Assembly: GCA_047967505.1 (NCBI GenBank)
Contig: CM106538.1
Source of the DNA: Dipteris shenzhenensis
Taxonomy: Eukaryota
Reading direction: 5' to 3' (one strand)
Length of the DNA stretch: 64,000 bases
Shown here: positions 47,101 through 61,332 of the stretch, one piece after another
Numbering within the stretch: the stretch's first letter is position 1
Layout: every line of letters begins with the position of its first letter
Made by a program: the position numbers and the translations under genes
Notes under the pieces: model-generated
Database searches by the model: none
What the model was told of the DNA's origin: nothing
Seen by the model: only the letters and a program-made list of their open reading frames with translations

Positions 47101-47321
47101 AACATGAGCTGATACAAGGTTTATATAGCCATCCGAGATCAGTCCGACTGTTGTAAGGAAACAGTAAGTTTCAAAATGTAACAGTCATAGTCCAAAACAT
47201 TATGTGGTGGCTTCGGCCACTAAGGAGTGATGTTAGGGACAGTTACAACTGTCCCTATAGTTACAAAATGATCCCACTACTTTGTTCTAGTAACTCCCTC
47301 CTACCAGAGGTGTATTTATCA
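41161..47321 (-). mobile_element. Ty3/gypsy element 3 (5' LTR-gag-PR-RT-RH-start of INT), 3'-truncated
   Basis: gag 45409-46083, protease VLVDGGGSGVNILS...LLGRPWL, RT WLSP..IDYRKLN..DGFSGYNQ..FLDDF, RNase H FVDASD, integrase zinc-binding GGHF; probable LTR ~46872-47321 (TGATA...TATCA, TATA at ~47120). Confidence 0.92.
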
Positions 47322-50300
47322 TATCCCATGGTAAGTGTCCACGTGGGTGGAGGGTATGCCTTCAGCACTCCATCTCAACTTTTGGTAGAGCTAACTTCAA
47401 CATGTGCAACATGCCAGATACATGCCTTGGCAGATGCTCAAACAAGCAATAACATCATCTCCTAGGAGACATTAAAACATCTCAGCTAGGTACACCTTGA
47501 AATCTGTGATTTTGAAATTCAATACATAGGAGGTGCCTTAATTAAGGTTGTGGGTTCTTTAATGATGTATGTTTCCATGGAAAATCACATTGTGCATTGC
47601 AAGTTTTTTGTAACTCTTGTAGGTAGCTTAATGAAGACACTCACAAAGTTTTTTGGTGATGAATCAACCCATAAAGATGTGCCAAGAACTACCAACCGGC
47701 CCACCATTCAAGCATCAACATCAACATCCACTTCTACTTCTCAACCTCGGCAAGCACCTCACTAGTAAAGACAATAAATACAAAGAGCAACCAAGCAAGT
47801 GTGGGTCCGAAGGGATCTACTAAAAGCCTAAGGATACTTTGAATGTGAATCGTATGTTTGGGTTTCGATAAAACCTCAACATCAAAAGCCACCACATCAT
47901 GTAAAGAACAAACCTCGATGTCGAAGAACAAAATGATGCTATCCAACAAGGAAGGTACAATACTGTTGGATTCCCACAAGACTACTAGAGGCCCAGGGAT
48001 ATTACCTTGGGAACACTTATATTTGGGTCATCAAGGTAATAGTGTAACAAAATCAACTCCATCATCTTCAAGCAGCAACAAGGTGCTCAATAATGAACAG
48101 AAGATAGAATGGAGGCCAAAGCCTCTAAAATCATCATCATCAACAAATGAAAGGAAAACAGATTCAAATTCAAGCCTACCAATTGCAAAAAAACAAGACA
48201 AATATTGGAGAGAAGAACCACAAGAATCTACCTTGCAAAATGTAGAACCACAAGAACCTACACACAAGGACAAGGGAAAAGCACCAATATAGGAGGATCA
48301 CACACACAGAACATCCTCTACCTCCTAGCGAGTAGAAACAAACAATGAGACAATAACACAAGAATCTACTTGACCACCACTCTACCAAAATGCCTTTGAA
48401 TTCACTCCATCATCTTCAAGGGAAACGATAGTTACACAAGAACACGTCTCCAAAAAAGAGAGAGTAACACAAGACCAAAAACATATTCCCACACGGAACA
48501 TGTTACTTGCCAAAGCCAGCAAATAGAATTCACAATGAGTACAAACCCACTTGCATTCAATGCTCTTCCCACACTCCATAGGCATCAATATCACAACACA
48601 TTAGCCCTGCAGGGCTCTGCTCTCACACCCATGTGACCATAGGCATCCATACTAAGTGCAAACACCTAGGGGCTATTATTTACAGCCCAAACAAGGCCAC
48701 ACGCTCCCCAAACAATCACAAGTGTCCACTGATCCACTGGGATACCCATACAATGGGTGAAAGCATAACTGAGCTGCCCCCAGTGCTCGAAAGCACAAAC
48801 AATCTCTGCAAGCATTACCATAAAAAGAATGGAATCTAGTTTGGAAGCTACACAAGAACCTTCCTTAGTAAGAAATTTGGCATCAAGGTTTGTGACAGCT
48901 ACACATGTCACACCAACCATGCCAGACACAGCGGAAGTCACACAAGAAACTTCCAATGAAAATGATGAATTGTTTTCATTGGAAACTTTCCCAAAAGCAA
49001 GTTGGGTTAAAAAAAAACAGAAGATCTCCGAGACACTGTGGTCCTACTCACATTTGCTATAGAGAACATATCTGACTTTATTATAGTGAGATAGTCAAAG
49101 TTGAATAGGCTAGAGCATGTAATTGATAAAGGCACCAAAAAGATGGGATCAAGAAGAAACTATTGCAAGCTCAAAAATCTTATGACGGCAATGTGGATCC
49201 CAAAGCATCATCAACACGGAAGCCCATCTTCTCGTGCTTGTATCACGTTCAACTTCATCCCTCTAGAGCCTCTAAAATTAGAGGAGATACCTAAAAGGTT
49301 TGAGCTTACAACATTGACAACCAAGAATACACTAGGAGTAGCTACACATGAACCTGCTACTAAAAAGGGAGTAGTAACACAAGAACCTTCTACAGGGTCC
49401 ACAAAGAGCAAGGCAATCATAATTTAAGGCATGATGTGTTTTCCCACCAATGAATTACAAACTTCTCTTTCAGTATGACATTCAATCCAACTCCATAGCA
49501 GTAGAAACACAAGAACCTACTCATAAAAATGGAGTAGATCCACAAGAACTTGTTGTGACAAAAGATACTAGAGCCCTTCACAACATGTTGCTACCATGAA
49601 AAGAAGCTCCCCACTAGCAAAGTTCTAGGGTCTGTCAAAGACACATCAACCCTTGGTATTCCAACGCACTCCTCCACATACAAAACAATAAGTGGTCCTA
49701 CACTATTGTACACACCAGCACCTCTACACAATGAGTTTGATTGTAGGATGAATCTGATGACATTGATATGGGACTAGAATAGTTTCTTGTGATCCTTAAA
49801 GATTTGTCTTTACTTTTATTTACTAACCGCACCTTCATTAGCTAACTCCAACTCTCGCTTCTCTTTTTATTTCATCTTATTCTTATTTTTTATGCTTAAC
49901 ACTAGCACCCACTTAACCATTTAAACCTCCCACCAATGTACTATCGGTTTTAATTTAGAGGACTTTCTTAGAACCCAAAATGCTATAAACCTCTTCAGCC
50001 ATAGTCCTCATTTTAGGAGTTTGTTAGTGTATTATCATACTCCTCTCGATTTGATGACGCAAACATATAAAGCTCTAGATGGTGCCACAACCTTATTGGG
50101 CTCAAATACTTCCAAGAAAATACCTCAATGAAATATAATCCATAAAATGGATCTCTAAAGAACTTCAATGCAGAGAAGTATGACAAAATGTCATGCACAA
50201 CTCTGAATGTTCAAACATGGTATGTCGAAGACATAGTCTGATGAGAACCCAATAAAAGTTCCACTCAAAGCAAATATGGAACTTAAGGAGGAGCATGAGA

Positions 50301-51048
50301 AGACATTCTATGTTAACACTAACACCACTAGGATCTTATGTCAACACTACTGACACCTCCTATTAACTTACACCTTATGTTTTTCTTTTTTCTTCCTCTT
50401 TCTTTGAAAGGTCACAAGTACTCAGCCCCGATCCCTCCACCATTGCAATCGCTCATGCATGCCATGACAATTACTGTGGAATCCAACGCTACTGGATGCA
50501 ATATCTATCTTCCTAGCAACAATTCCACAACATAAGATCCAGCAAAGACCTATGAAGCATTGCAAAAGTTCACACAGAGGAATTATCTTCATCGACGTCA
50601 CTCCAATAGCCATGACCTTTACATGATCCAGGCGATTGGATCAAGAACGGGGAAAGGGGGGCATGTTAACTACATTAGTTGGCAATGTCATTTGATGGAT
50701 AGTGGGAAGTCTGTAGAGGTAGGATTGTGCCTTGGATCCAAATCGGCCCAAGAGGATTATAAAGAATGAGGAAAGAGAGTGGTATAAAGAGATTAGTGTT
50801 GGCCCTCCCTTCAAAAGGTGGCATGTATAAAAGGCCAAACGGTTGACTTTGCTCCTCACTTGTTGGTTGCACACATTGGAATACAAGCTCTCCTCCTCTT
50901 TGGATTTGTCTCTTATTCCTTGTTAGTGCCTTTTGTGAATGGCATGTTCTCTTCTCCTCTTCCCTTCTTCTTCTTCTTCTCCTCTTGTCCGTTCTCCATT
51001 TCCCTCTTCCCTCCCTCTTCTTTTCCTTATCGATTCACAATTGCAACA
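47322..51048 (+). mobile_element. 3' part of a plus-strand gypsy (probably element 2): extra ORF remnants, PPT and 3' LTR
   Basis: Protease-like IHALADAQTSNNIIS (~47420), T/Q/E-rich ORFs with recurrent CAAGAACC (QEP), PPT GGGGAAAGGGGGG 50649-50661, LTR 50664-51048 (TGTTAAC...TGCAACA, TATAAAA ~50827). Confidence 0.7.
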
Positions 51049-51099
51049 GGTCAGGAGTCGCTAAAGTGACACTAGTGGATGCCATTTGCATGCATTGTG

Positions 51100-52000
51100 C
51101 TCAACCTAGAGTAGCTTGGAGGAATACTCCATTAGCGTTCTTGCAAGATCCCCATTACACGTGAGTCACCGCTAGAGACTACACAGTTTCCATCCTTTTT
51201 TGGATCCTTAGGGAAAGAGCTTTAGCAAAAAATTTGTAGCTACAGTTCAGCATAGTGAGGGGTCTCCAATTTTTTAATTCATTCTTGGCCCCTTCTTTAG
51301 GGATGAGTTTAATAACCCCTCCATCTACATGGCAAGGAAGGGACTCTTCCCTAACACTTTCTTGCCATAGGAGTAAGAGATAGGGCCCAAAAACATCCCA
51401 ACAACTCTTGTAGAATCGAATGGGAAGGCCATCCTCCCCTAGAGTCTTCCCATCAACCATAACCTTGATAGCCTCCTTGAGTTTCTCAAGTGTTAGAGGT
51501 CTCTCAAGATAGAAGTTATCAAAATGCTGCACAATTTTATTTCTAACATTCTAACAAATCTTCCTTGCCTTTTGTACATCATCATTACGAATAGTAGTGG
51601 AAGAAAGAAGATTTTGGACATGTTAGATGAGCTCAATATTTTCCAGAGAGTTTCTTACAAGAGGTGCATTGTTTAATAGTGGCACCTCCTCGTCAATTCT
51701 CTTTCCCTTGATTAGCTTGAAAGTTTCTTTAGTAGGTCTATCTAACTTACCTACCCACCATTCCATGAAGTAGACTTTATGATCATTCAAAATTATTTAC
51801 TCGTGTCCTAAAATCCCTCCCTGCCTTTATCAACTCAGCTTGATCTATAACATTCCCTTGCTTGGCAGAAGTCTCAAGTCTGCATATTAACTCTTGGATC
51901 TTGTCCATGCTCTGAGCCCTTATATTGGCCTTGTCCTGTCTTGCCCTTTTAAGCATGTTCTAGGTCTGCTCAATTGCAAGAGGTCCAACATCATCCTTCA
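51100..52000 (-). mobile_element. LINE (L1/Tx1-like) ORF2 fragment
   Basis: GKTLGEDGLPIRFY...IKLIPK....LKNWRPLTMLNCSYKFFAKAL, the non-LTR RT N-terminal motifs. Confidence 0.9.
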
Positions 52001-52818
52001 AGAAATCGGTGACATATACATGGGGTTGGAACTAGAATTGTAGTGGCCCTTTGCATCAAATTTAACCAAGTTTTGTAAGATTTGCAGACAGGTCAATCCA
52101 TGTACATGCCATTGAAATGTACATGATCATGGTGGCAATTCAACCACCTATGGAAAATGACCCAAGTATTGTATGTAAATTTCCTATCAAATCCACAGAC
52201 CAACAAATGTTTGGCCGTGTATTATTAGATGGCACAATTTATAGCAAAATATGAAAAGGTACGAAAACTAACAAATTTTCCCCATAGTAAACTTTTCAAG
52301 CTAAGCTAGTGGAGTTCCTAATAAAGGAAGGCCTAGAGTTTGATGAGGAGAAAGAAAGGTGAGCATAAGATGAGTTGTTTGACCTATAGCTCTCCGAGTG
52401 GTCCCATTGTCCCTTGCACCCTCTCCCATGGCTCTCCCATGGCCCCTCTCTCGTACCCTCTCCTATTGTCCCCCTCCTTCACCCTCACCCAATGTCCCCT
52501 TCCTATACGACCTACCCACTTGGTTGGCAGCCCTAACAAATTCCTAGAAAAGATGAAAGTGAGATCTACTCATTTTGAATCACGCACACAATACTTGCAA
52601 TGTAGAAGCCTCCACAACATAAAATTCAACTTGGCCCGTGGAGTACGTTTTAAAATGTAACACACCACCATGTCGTATGTGGCTGAAAACGTAAGCGCAC
52701 AGCGTATTAAATTTAGATTCGAGCAAATTCTTTGACACATATTTGGCGTGTTATTGTCGTCATGCTCTGTCCCAAATGCTTGGAAGGCCAGAGTGCAGTT
52801 AAAACAAAATCAAGCACT

Positions 52819-52968
52819 TATCCGTAAAGATGCAAGGATCATACACAAGAAAGCATTCCGAACCTAAGTCTCATTTCCTCCACACTAAAATTTTTGGTAT
52901 ATCATATCATATATCCGTAAAGATGCAAGGATCCTACACAGAAAGCATTCCGAACCTTAAGTCTCATT
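52819..52968. repeat. ~57-bp direct repeat downstream of the GST stop
   Basis: tatccgtaaagatgcaaggatc.tacaca..aaagcattccgaacc.taagtctcatt at 52819-52876 and 52912-52968. Confidence 0.9.
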
Positions 52969-53137
52969 CGTACTAAAGAGAAGTGCAACACTCACTAAAC
53001 CTCGTCTGTATTCGGAGTAGAAAGACCTCGAACTCTGATGCAAGGCCTCGAGCTGGTGTACTCAGGTGGCCATTAGTCCAGCACAGACTTACGTATGCCT
53101 GCCATATCTGGTCAAAGCATTAGCTAGAGCCCAGTAG

Positions 53138-54295
<1,158 letters not shown>

Positions 54296-56324
54296 AACAT
54301 TGAAGAGAGCGTAGACTAGCCCAAATAACAAAGGATAGCCCCCCAGTTGGTGAAAAATAGGATTAATTAGTGGTGGAGGAAGCAAAAGGGGTGAAAAGGA
54401 AGGGCAGGCACTTCCAAAAATTAAAGTCGTTTCTCGACCTCCTCAAAGGCTGCTTAAAAAATCTGCTGCGGCCCCTCTGCTCGATGTGATTCACACTCTC
54501 TCCCCTCTCTCTGTTCCCCCATCACTCTCCGCTCAAGAACCTCCCTCGCTCTCCCTAGCTCTAGAATCTCTCTCGCTTTCACCTTGTGCTTGCAACTTCA
54601 AGATCTACATCAAGCTTGTTCCGGGTATTGCATCGCGCGGCTGTTTTGAAATTGGAATTTGTCTATAGCAAACTCTCCCGGCTGCAAGGAACCTTTGAAG
54701 TCGGCTTATACAGATGACCCTGGAAATGAGTCGGGAACTCCTCTTCCTCTTCCTGCACCCGAGCCCAGGATGGAGCGCAGATTGCCCTTGACGAAATCGA
54801 GGGGCCAGAATAGTTATTTGCGAAGCACGAGCTGCGGTGGTAATGAGTATGGAAACGAGGAGCATCAAGCAAGCTGGATGCAGTGTAACTTACGAAATGC
54901 TGGACAAGGAATTGGGGCGACGGATGCCATAACTAGAATTCAGCATTTGAATACTTCCCTGCAATAGATGCTCAAAGATCGACTGATTACACAAATACTT
55001 TTATGAGTGAATCTCTCAAAGCAATTAAGTTTTGTAGCTCAAATGTAAATTCGAAATGCATAGAATTGAACCCCAAAATTACAAACCTATTCAAACAAAT
55101 CCCATGGAGATCTAAAACTTGAATTAGTAGATCATGAATTTTTTAAATTAGTAGACCCATTTAGGCAACTTTGAGCATCTTGAATTGCAAACCTAGGTTT
55201 AATGTAGGTGAATTGTTAAATCTTTAAAAAACCCTTGAAATTTTGGGGAAAACGGTTTTTTAATTTAAATCTAGAAAAATCCCTTGAAATTTTGAGAAAG
55301 AAGGTTTTTTTATTTGTAACTTCGAGGCCATCTTAGTTATATTTTAGTTTTAAAAACTTGCAAAAGTTTGAAAACCTTGTAAATTTTGAAGTTGAAGGCT
55401 TTTGTATTGGTGCCCAAAAATACTTTTGGTGGACATTGGTGGGTGCCTTTAAAATGTTACCAGTCCCCCAAATTCCAATAGGGAGGAAGGTGCCACCCAC
55501 AGTGACCCAATACTCCCCATAGAGAAAGATGATGTGTCAAGCTCTCCTTCCAGCATTTTTAGGACAATTGAATGCCTTAGTACTGGCCTCACTTAAACTA
55601 AGCCTGGGCTCTCATAGTTTTCTATGTTCCATAAGTTTTTTGAAAAGTTTAAAATAAAGGAAAGCTCCCTATTACTACCTCATGATCGTGATAGCTTTGA
55701 ATTTGAATTTAAATTCACAATGGATTAGTGCTCAAAAGGTAGCCTCTGTAATACCGGTCCCCTTACCCTATATCCAAGCCTTTGTGTATTATGGTTTAAA
55801 ATTATCGGATTGTTGTTAGAATAGACAAAAAATTACACTGATGACATGATTCCTAGGCTGTTTTCATGCCTAGTTCTACAGTGGTATGATGAGTTTGGCT
55901 GTGACCAAGTTTCGACTAAGGGGGTGGTGGAATCTATTATATATGAAAGTGAAGCATAAGGAAGCTAGCTGGTGGCCACATGTGGCAAGTCAGGTGAAGT
56001 GCAAAACAATGCGCATAAGGCAAGTGGTGGCCATACGTATGAATACGAGAGATGGTGGAGACATGTTATTGAGTTAAAGGAAGCATGGAACAACAAGCAT
56101 AAGGGAGGTGATAGGCACATTTAGCATCAAACACCATGTCTAAAATTGTAGGAAAACTTGGCCACATCGTGCTCCACACATCACCTGCACTTGAACCTCC
56201 CTTTAAATAAAAAACCATGTGGAAGGCATCAATTAGCTTGGATCTAGAAGCCCAAGAGCAGTAACTTTTTATCTTGGTATGGAGATGTGCCCCCGATATA
56301 TGTATGTGTATATATGTATATGTG

Positions 56325-56349
56325 CACACACACACACACACACACACAC
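56325..56349. repeat. (CA)n microsatellite
   Basis: Direct reading. Confidence 0.95.
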
Positions 56350-56639
56350 ATGTATCTATCCTCACCCCTATCTCCCTTGGCCATCTCCCCTTATCGTATC
56401 CTTCCCCTCACCTACCACATGGTGGCCTCCTAGTTGTATGCACCTCATCAACCCCAATGTAGCTACTCATAGAGATCATCCAAAAAAATACATAACCTTT
56501 TGTGAGAACCAAGAAAGAGAAAGGAAAGCAAATGAATGTGAAATGTATCAAAACAACTGAAGCAAAAGATGATCTCGAACAAGGGAGCAAGCTAGTGGCT
56601 CAAAATTTGAGAAGATTGGGAAAGGTCAGAGTAAATGCC

Positions 56640-57557
56640 TAGGAGAAATAAGTACAACCTTCTTACATGACTGGTTCACAATGGAGAACTCCGAATGGGT
56701 CTCATCACTTGTGGTTGCTCTGACGGAAGGCAACAACCGAAGTATTTGTGTTGATTCTAGGTCTCTTAACAATTGCTCCACGAAAAATCATTTTCCTCTT
56801 TCCTTCCAAGATGAAATATTGGGGTGTGTTCGCTTATAGGGTAATGTCATTCGGAGTAAAGAATGGGCCACCAACATTTTAGAGGTATATGAGTACTATT
56901 TGAACCATATCTTTGGAAAGTTCATTAGAGCTATCCAAATAATTTTTGGACTTTTTCTTCTCTAGAAGATCATTGTGATAAGCTAACACTAACCCTTGAG
57001 CATATTGACACCACTAATGCCAAATGGAGTTCCATCACCTTTTATTGGAAAAGAGATGAGGAAAAGTCATTCCATACTTTAATTGGGATGGTGAGTAGGA
57101 GGATCCAATGCTTAGGGGCCCTAGACTGAATGAAACTTTCTTTGTAAATATCAACTTTCTTTGCAAAAGAGAGTATGTGGATACATGCATCCAAATCAAT
57201 ATTGCAACAAGCCAATGGAAGAACAAGGCTTGTCTTTGGTATACACCATCACAAAAGTTAGATCATTTTTCTGAAACTATTAAATGTGCACACCTAAATA
57301 CAAGGAGGATCAGAACTTAGAGTCACAGTTATGGGATGGAGACCCTATTTTGTATTTTGATGGTGCATTCTTACTATCAAAGAAGATAGGAGCCGGGGGG
57401 CAACTCTACAAGATGACCAAGGAATTTAGCAATGTTAGCAACCTTTACACAAACTAGACCAATGTGAAGAGCACCAATTCAAGGCACAATATCGAGCTTT
57501 GATGATGGGATAAGAACTTGCTTGATGGACTTAGAGTGTGGAATAGGTATATTAAGG
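56640..57557 (+). pseudogene. very degraded gypsy RT plus additional RNase HI (Tat-like)
   Basis: SEWVSSLVV..ICVDSRSLN..KNHFPL, YRVMSFGVKNGPPTF; then PILYFDGAF...GAGG...AQYRALMMG...IK, the aRH pattern of Tat-clade elements. Confidence 0.65.
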
Positions 57558-57999
57558 TGTGAAATGTTTGGCCCTTTCATCATGTTTCTTTAGTACTCTA
57601 GACAAGTGAAGATTGGGAAAGTTGGCCCCAAGCTACTTTCTCACCTCAGCCGTTCTAGTTTATTTGCAGCAAAAGCTAGAGCAAAGAAAGTGTTTGTAGT
57701 TGCTTGTGGTGATTTTACCAGTGTTCAATACAACTACGACTGACATTCAAGACTCATCCATTCATGAGACTTCTTCTCTATGCTAATATTCTTGATATTA
57801 ATATTCTTGACATTTATATTCTCAATGCACAAGGAAGGGGCCATTCCTTCATATTATAACTCTTTAAGGAAGGAAGTGCACATCTCCCTACTCACACACT
57901 ATGTGGTTGTAATAATTATATATTATATATTATCATACAAATATTTTCAATTGCTCATCCATTCGAAATCACTTGTTTTCAACGTGAATTCTTACAACA
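57558..57999 (-). repeat. probable 3' LTR of a decayed minus-strand element
   Basis: TG...ACAACA ends; polypyrimidine TTCCTCTCCTT (PPT on minus strand) at 58000-58010; left end interrupts the aRH frame. Confidence 0.45.
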
Positions 58000-59827
58000 T
58001 TCCTCTCCTTTTATGCATGTTCTCGATGTGAGGGAGCAAGGAAATCCAAGCCAAATGTAAGATCAAAAAATATAGGCACCTTTATTCATATGATTGTAGT
58101 CCATGTGACAATAATGTAAAAAGGCTAAAATGATAGCAATACTCTACCATCATAGCTCACCTTTTGACACCCTTGAAACGATTGAAAATGCCAAACCTAC
58201 TCAACTATGGATGTATGTGCTCCAAAAAGAATGTCTCGAAGACAAGTGTAGATTAAGATTATTGCTATATTTACACTAGTTTTGCATGGAGATTTATGAA
58301 TGGTAATACAACAACATGGTTGCGTGACTCATTAATACTAGTGTGTGAGCATATCAAAGTAATCATTTATGTTTTGACCATCACAAGAAAGCTTTCGCAT
58401 TTATGAGCATGAAACAAAAACTTAAAGAAAAGAACAAGGAAATGACCAAATGTTTGATGAGACCGTATGTAATTTCGTGGATGATGGACATCACCATGCA
58501 TCATACACAAATAGTAAGATAACTACATATCTTATGATGTATAACATGCAAGCAATAAACCCCAAGTAGTTCCAAAATCAAAAGTGCTAGGATTACATGA
58601 AATGAGATAGTTGCTTATTAGAACCACCCACAGTTGAGGCCACTGCAAACACCAAAACAACAAACTATGTCAAAACAAATTTGTAAATAGAAAACAAGAT
58701 CGAACTCTAAACAAGTCAAAGAAGAACAATGTGATGCATGAACATATAAGTAAGATGCACACACACATGATTAAATAGATACAAGCAATGAAAGATCACA
58801 TTAAGAGTAGGAAGTAACCGAAAGGCTATAGATAGATCCTTGTGCTTGGACAAGAGCTATTATTTTGAGATTGAATGAGTAAAACAAGGCCTAGAGAAGG
58901 ATGCAATTAGCAAGAAAACCTCTCACCCATGGAATTGAAGAGCTCCCTTAGCAAAGAGCAACCAAGTGTAAGTGGATTCACCTCTATCTTATGAGAAAAG
59001 GCAGTTTCAATCATATCAAGATCTTTTGCTCATGTGGTGGAGGCTTAGTGGCCCAATGCTTTTGGTCCCTATTGCTCTCAATCCCTTGTATCGATGCATG
59101 TTGATACATGCACCAATCCTAAGCATTGATCCACTTGACAAGGTTAGACACTCCAATAAGTGAAATACATTTGTGTTAAGGCCTCCTTGCAAGGATCATG
59201 GACTCATATCAACTTATTCTTGAGTTGGGTCGCTATCTTGTCCTTTTGCCCCCTCTACATAATAGGATCACGAGATCCTTGTTCTATATATAATCAAAGA
59301 GGCAATGACACCTTTCCCTTGTGAAGTGGCACTGGCATTCACCTCTCACTTTTGCTATGGAGCTCAAGCTTCCCAAAACTTATGCAACTTGGGTCTTTGT
59401 TTATGGTTAATATGGTTAATATCTTGGGTCTTCTCACATCCCAAATTATATCTATGTGAGAGTTTTCTTGATGAAATGTATACATGGGTTGTTTGTCATG
59501 GGATAATTCTAGCATATGGAGAGATTATTAAAAGTAGATATGGTAATGTATAACCAAGAATTGTTGTTAGAACACAAGGTATAGTGATCCACAAAGGAAA
59601 TTTCTGGCAATGGCTTCTTCTCACAAGTTGCGTGCAAATCATGAAGGTGGAAACTGTAATCAACTCAAATCTAGTTCTTGTGACCATGTGGAAAATGGTC
59701 ATCCACAAGCTACATGATATTATGGTAATTTGATTTTTCATCATGTAAACATTCAATATTTATAAAGTCTACTCCTATGCATCTAGATACATATAGCCAC
59801 AACCTTGCATTTTCAACACATGTGCGC

Positions 59828-59828
<1 letters not shown>

Positions 59829-59867
<39 letters not shown>
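59829..59867. repeat. (GA)n microsatellite
   Basis: Direct reading. Confidence 0.95.
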
Positions 59868-59871
<4 letters not shown>

Positions 59872-61332
59872 GTATGAGCAAGGGTGGATGTAGCACTTGT
59901 CTATTTGTTTTCGTATGACTTATAAACAATCATACTTGATTTATCTAACTTGATTTAAGACGTGATTAACTTAGTGTTCAATGTCCTTTTTTAACTTTGC
60001 ATGAAAATAATTTGAAACAAGATATTAATTTATTGTTCAATGTCTTTTTGTAGCTGGCAATCTTCTACATATAAAATTCAAACATCAGCTTAGCAAGTTC
60101 TCATATCATGATTATTTTGCATTTTAATCTCCAAATTAGATCAAAATAGATTGGAGTAATCACACAATAATAGTAATTTCCTCCTCAAATATTTGGTCAT
60201 GTAATGACTTTTATGGACTTTCTATAAATCAATCATTATTCACAACTTTATTTATGAAACTTTTCATAAGTTCAAAATTGTTTGGTTTTGATATCAATGC
60301 TTAGCATGTACATTTGAGCATACCAAGTTTGTAATCATGATATATGAGGGCAATGGAAATCGTTCCAAAAAATTTTATCTACATAACTAGTGTATATATT
60401 TCCCCCAAAGGGCATTCTTAACACTTTTGTATATCAACAAACTAGTATGCTTCGCCAGGATGGTCAAATAACACATTGCGTTGGTGCTTTGTTGTTGGCT
60501 CTTTCTTGTTGTCAGTGTTGCTCTCCAGGTGCATTTTTTTTCCAAGACAACAGTAGAAGTAGCCATGAGTAAGGCATCAAGGAACTATGTACTACATGAA
60601 ATAAGCAGTGCTTTTCATTTACTTTCCATGATTTTCTTCCGAAGATATGAATGAATTTGTATCTGCACCGAATCTCTAGTCATAAATTATCTTATTGAAA
60701 AAGTAAGTGACCTTCTCGATTGTGACAGGCGGGTTCATGGCATTGTGTGTATGCTTGTATTGTTTCATGAAATGGTCTAACAGTGCATTGCCTTGATCTC
60801 TTGTTTGTCCTTCAACAAATCTAAAGACACATTGTACCCAAGTTGTAGTAACTCACAAGCATGTACAGATATCCCCTTTGTTTTTTCATCTAATAGTTTC
60901 TAAGCCTTGATGTTATCAAGCAGTTATTTTGACTCATTGAAGTCAATGTCGAGCTCGAAAAGTATCTCTTTCAAAAGGCTTGTTACGATCACAAGATGTG
61001 TTCAAATTGATTGAATAGTGTTCATGTTTATGGTGGGTACTAAGATATGGTGGAATGAATCTATGCAATTCATGTATGAATCTATACAATTTATGTATGA
61101 AATGTAAAATACAACATACCATTTGCATATATGATGCCTTTTGATTCCTCTCTGGCTAACTATTGGTCGTGGCAACTATCCATATACTGTTATGGATAAA
61201 TTTGACCAAAGTAAAAAGGCGTAAATATGAGTGTGTGCTTGTATGTGTGGCAATAGTATAATAAAATATGGAGTGCATAGGGCCCAGGGTTGAGGTGGCA
61301 GGGCATGACCATGTGCCACCCTTCCACATAAG

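Noticed and set aside
58010-61300. Coding remnants in the AT-rich right-hand region
   Set aside because: Only short, motif-poor frames; faint copia-like similarity near 59050-59120 is too weak to call.
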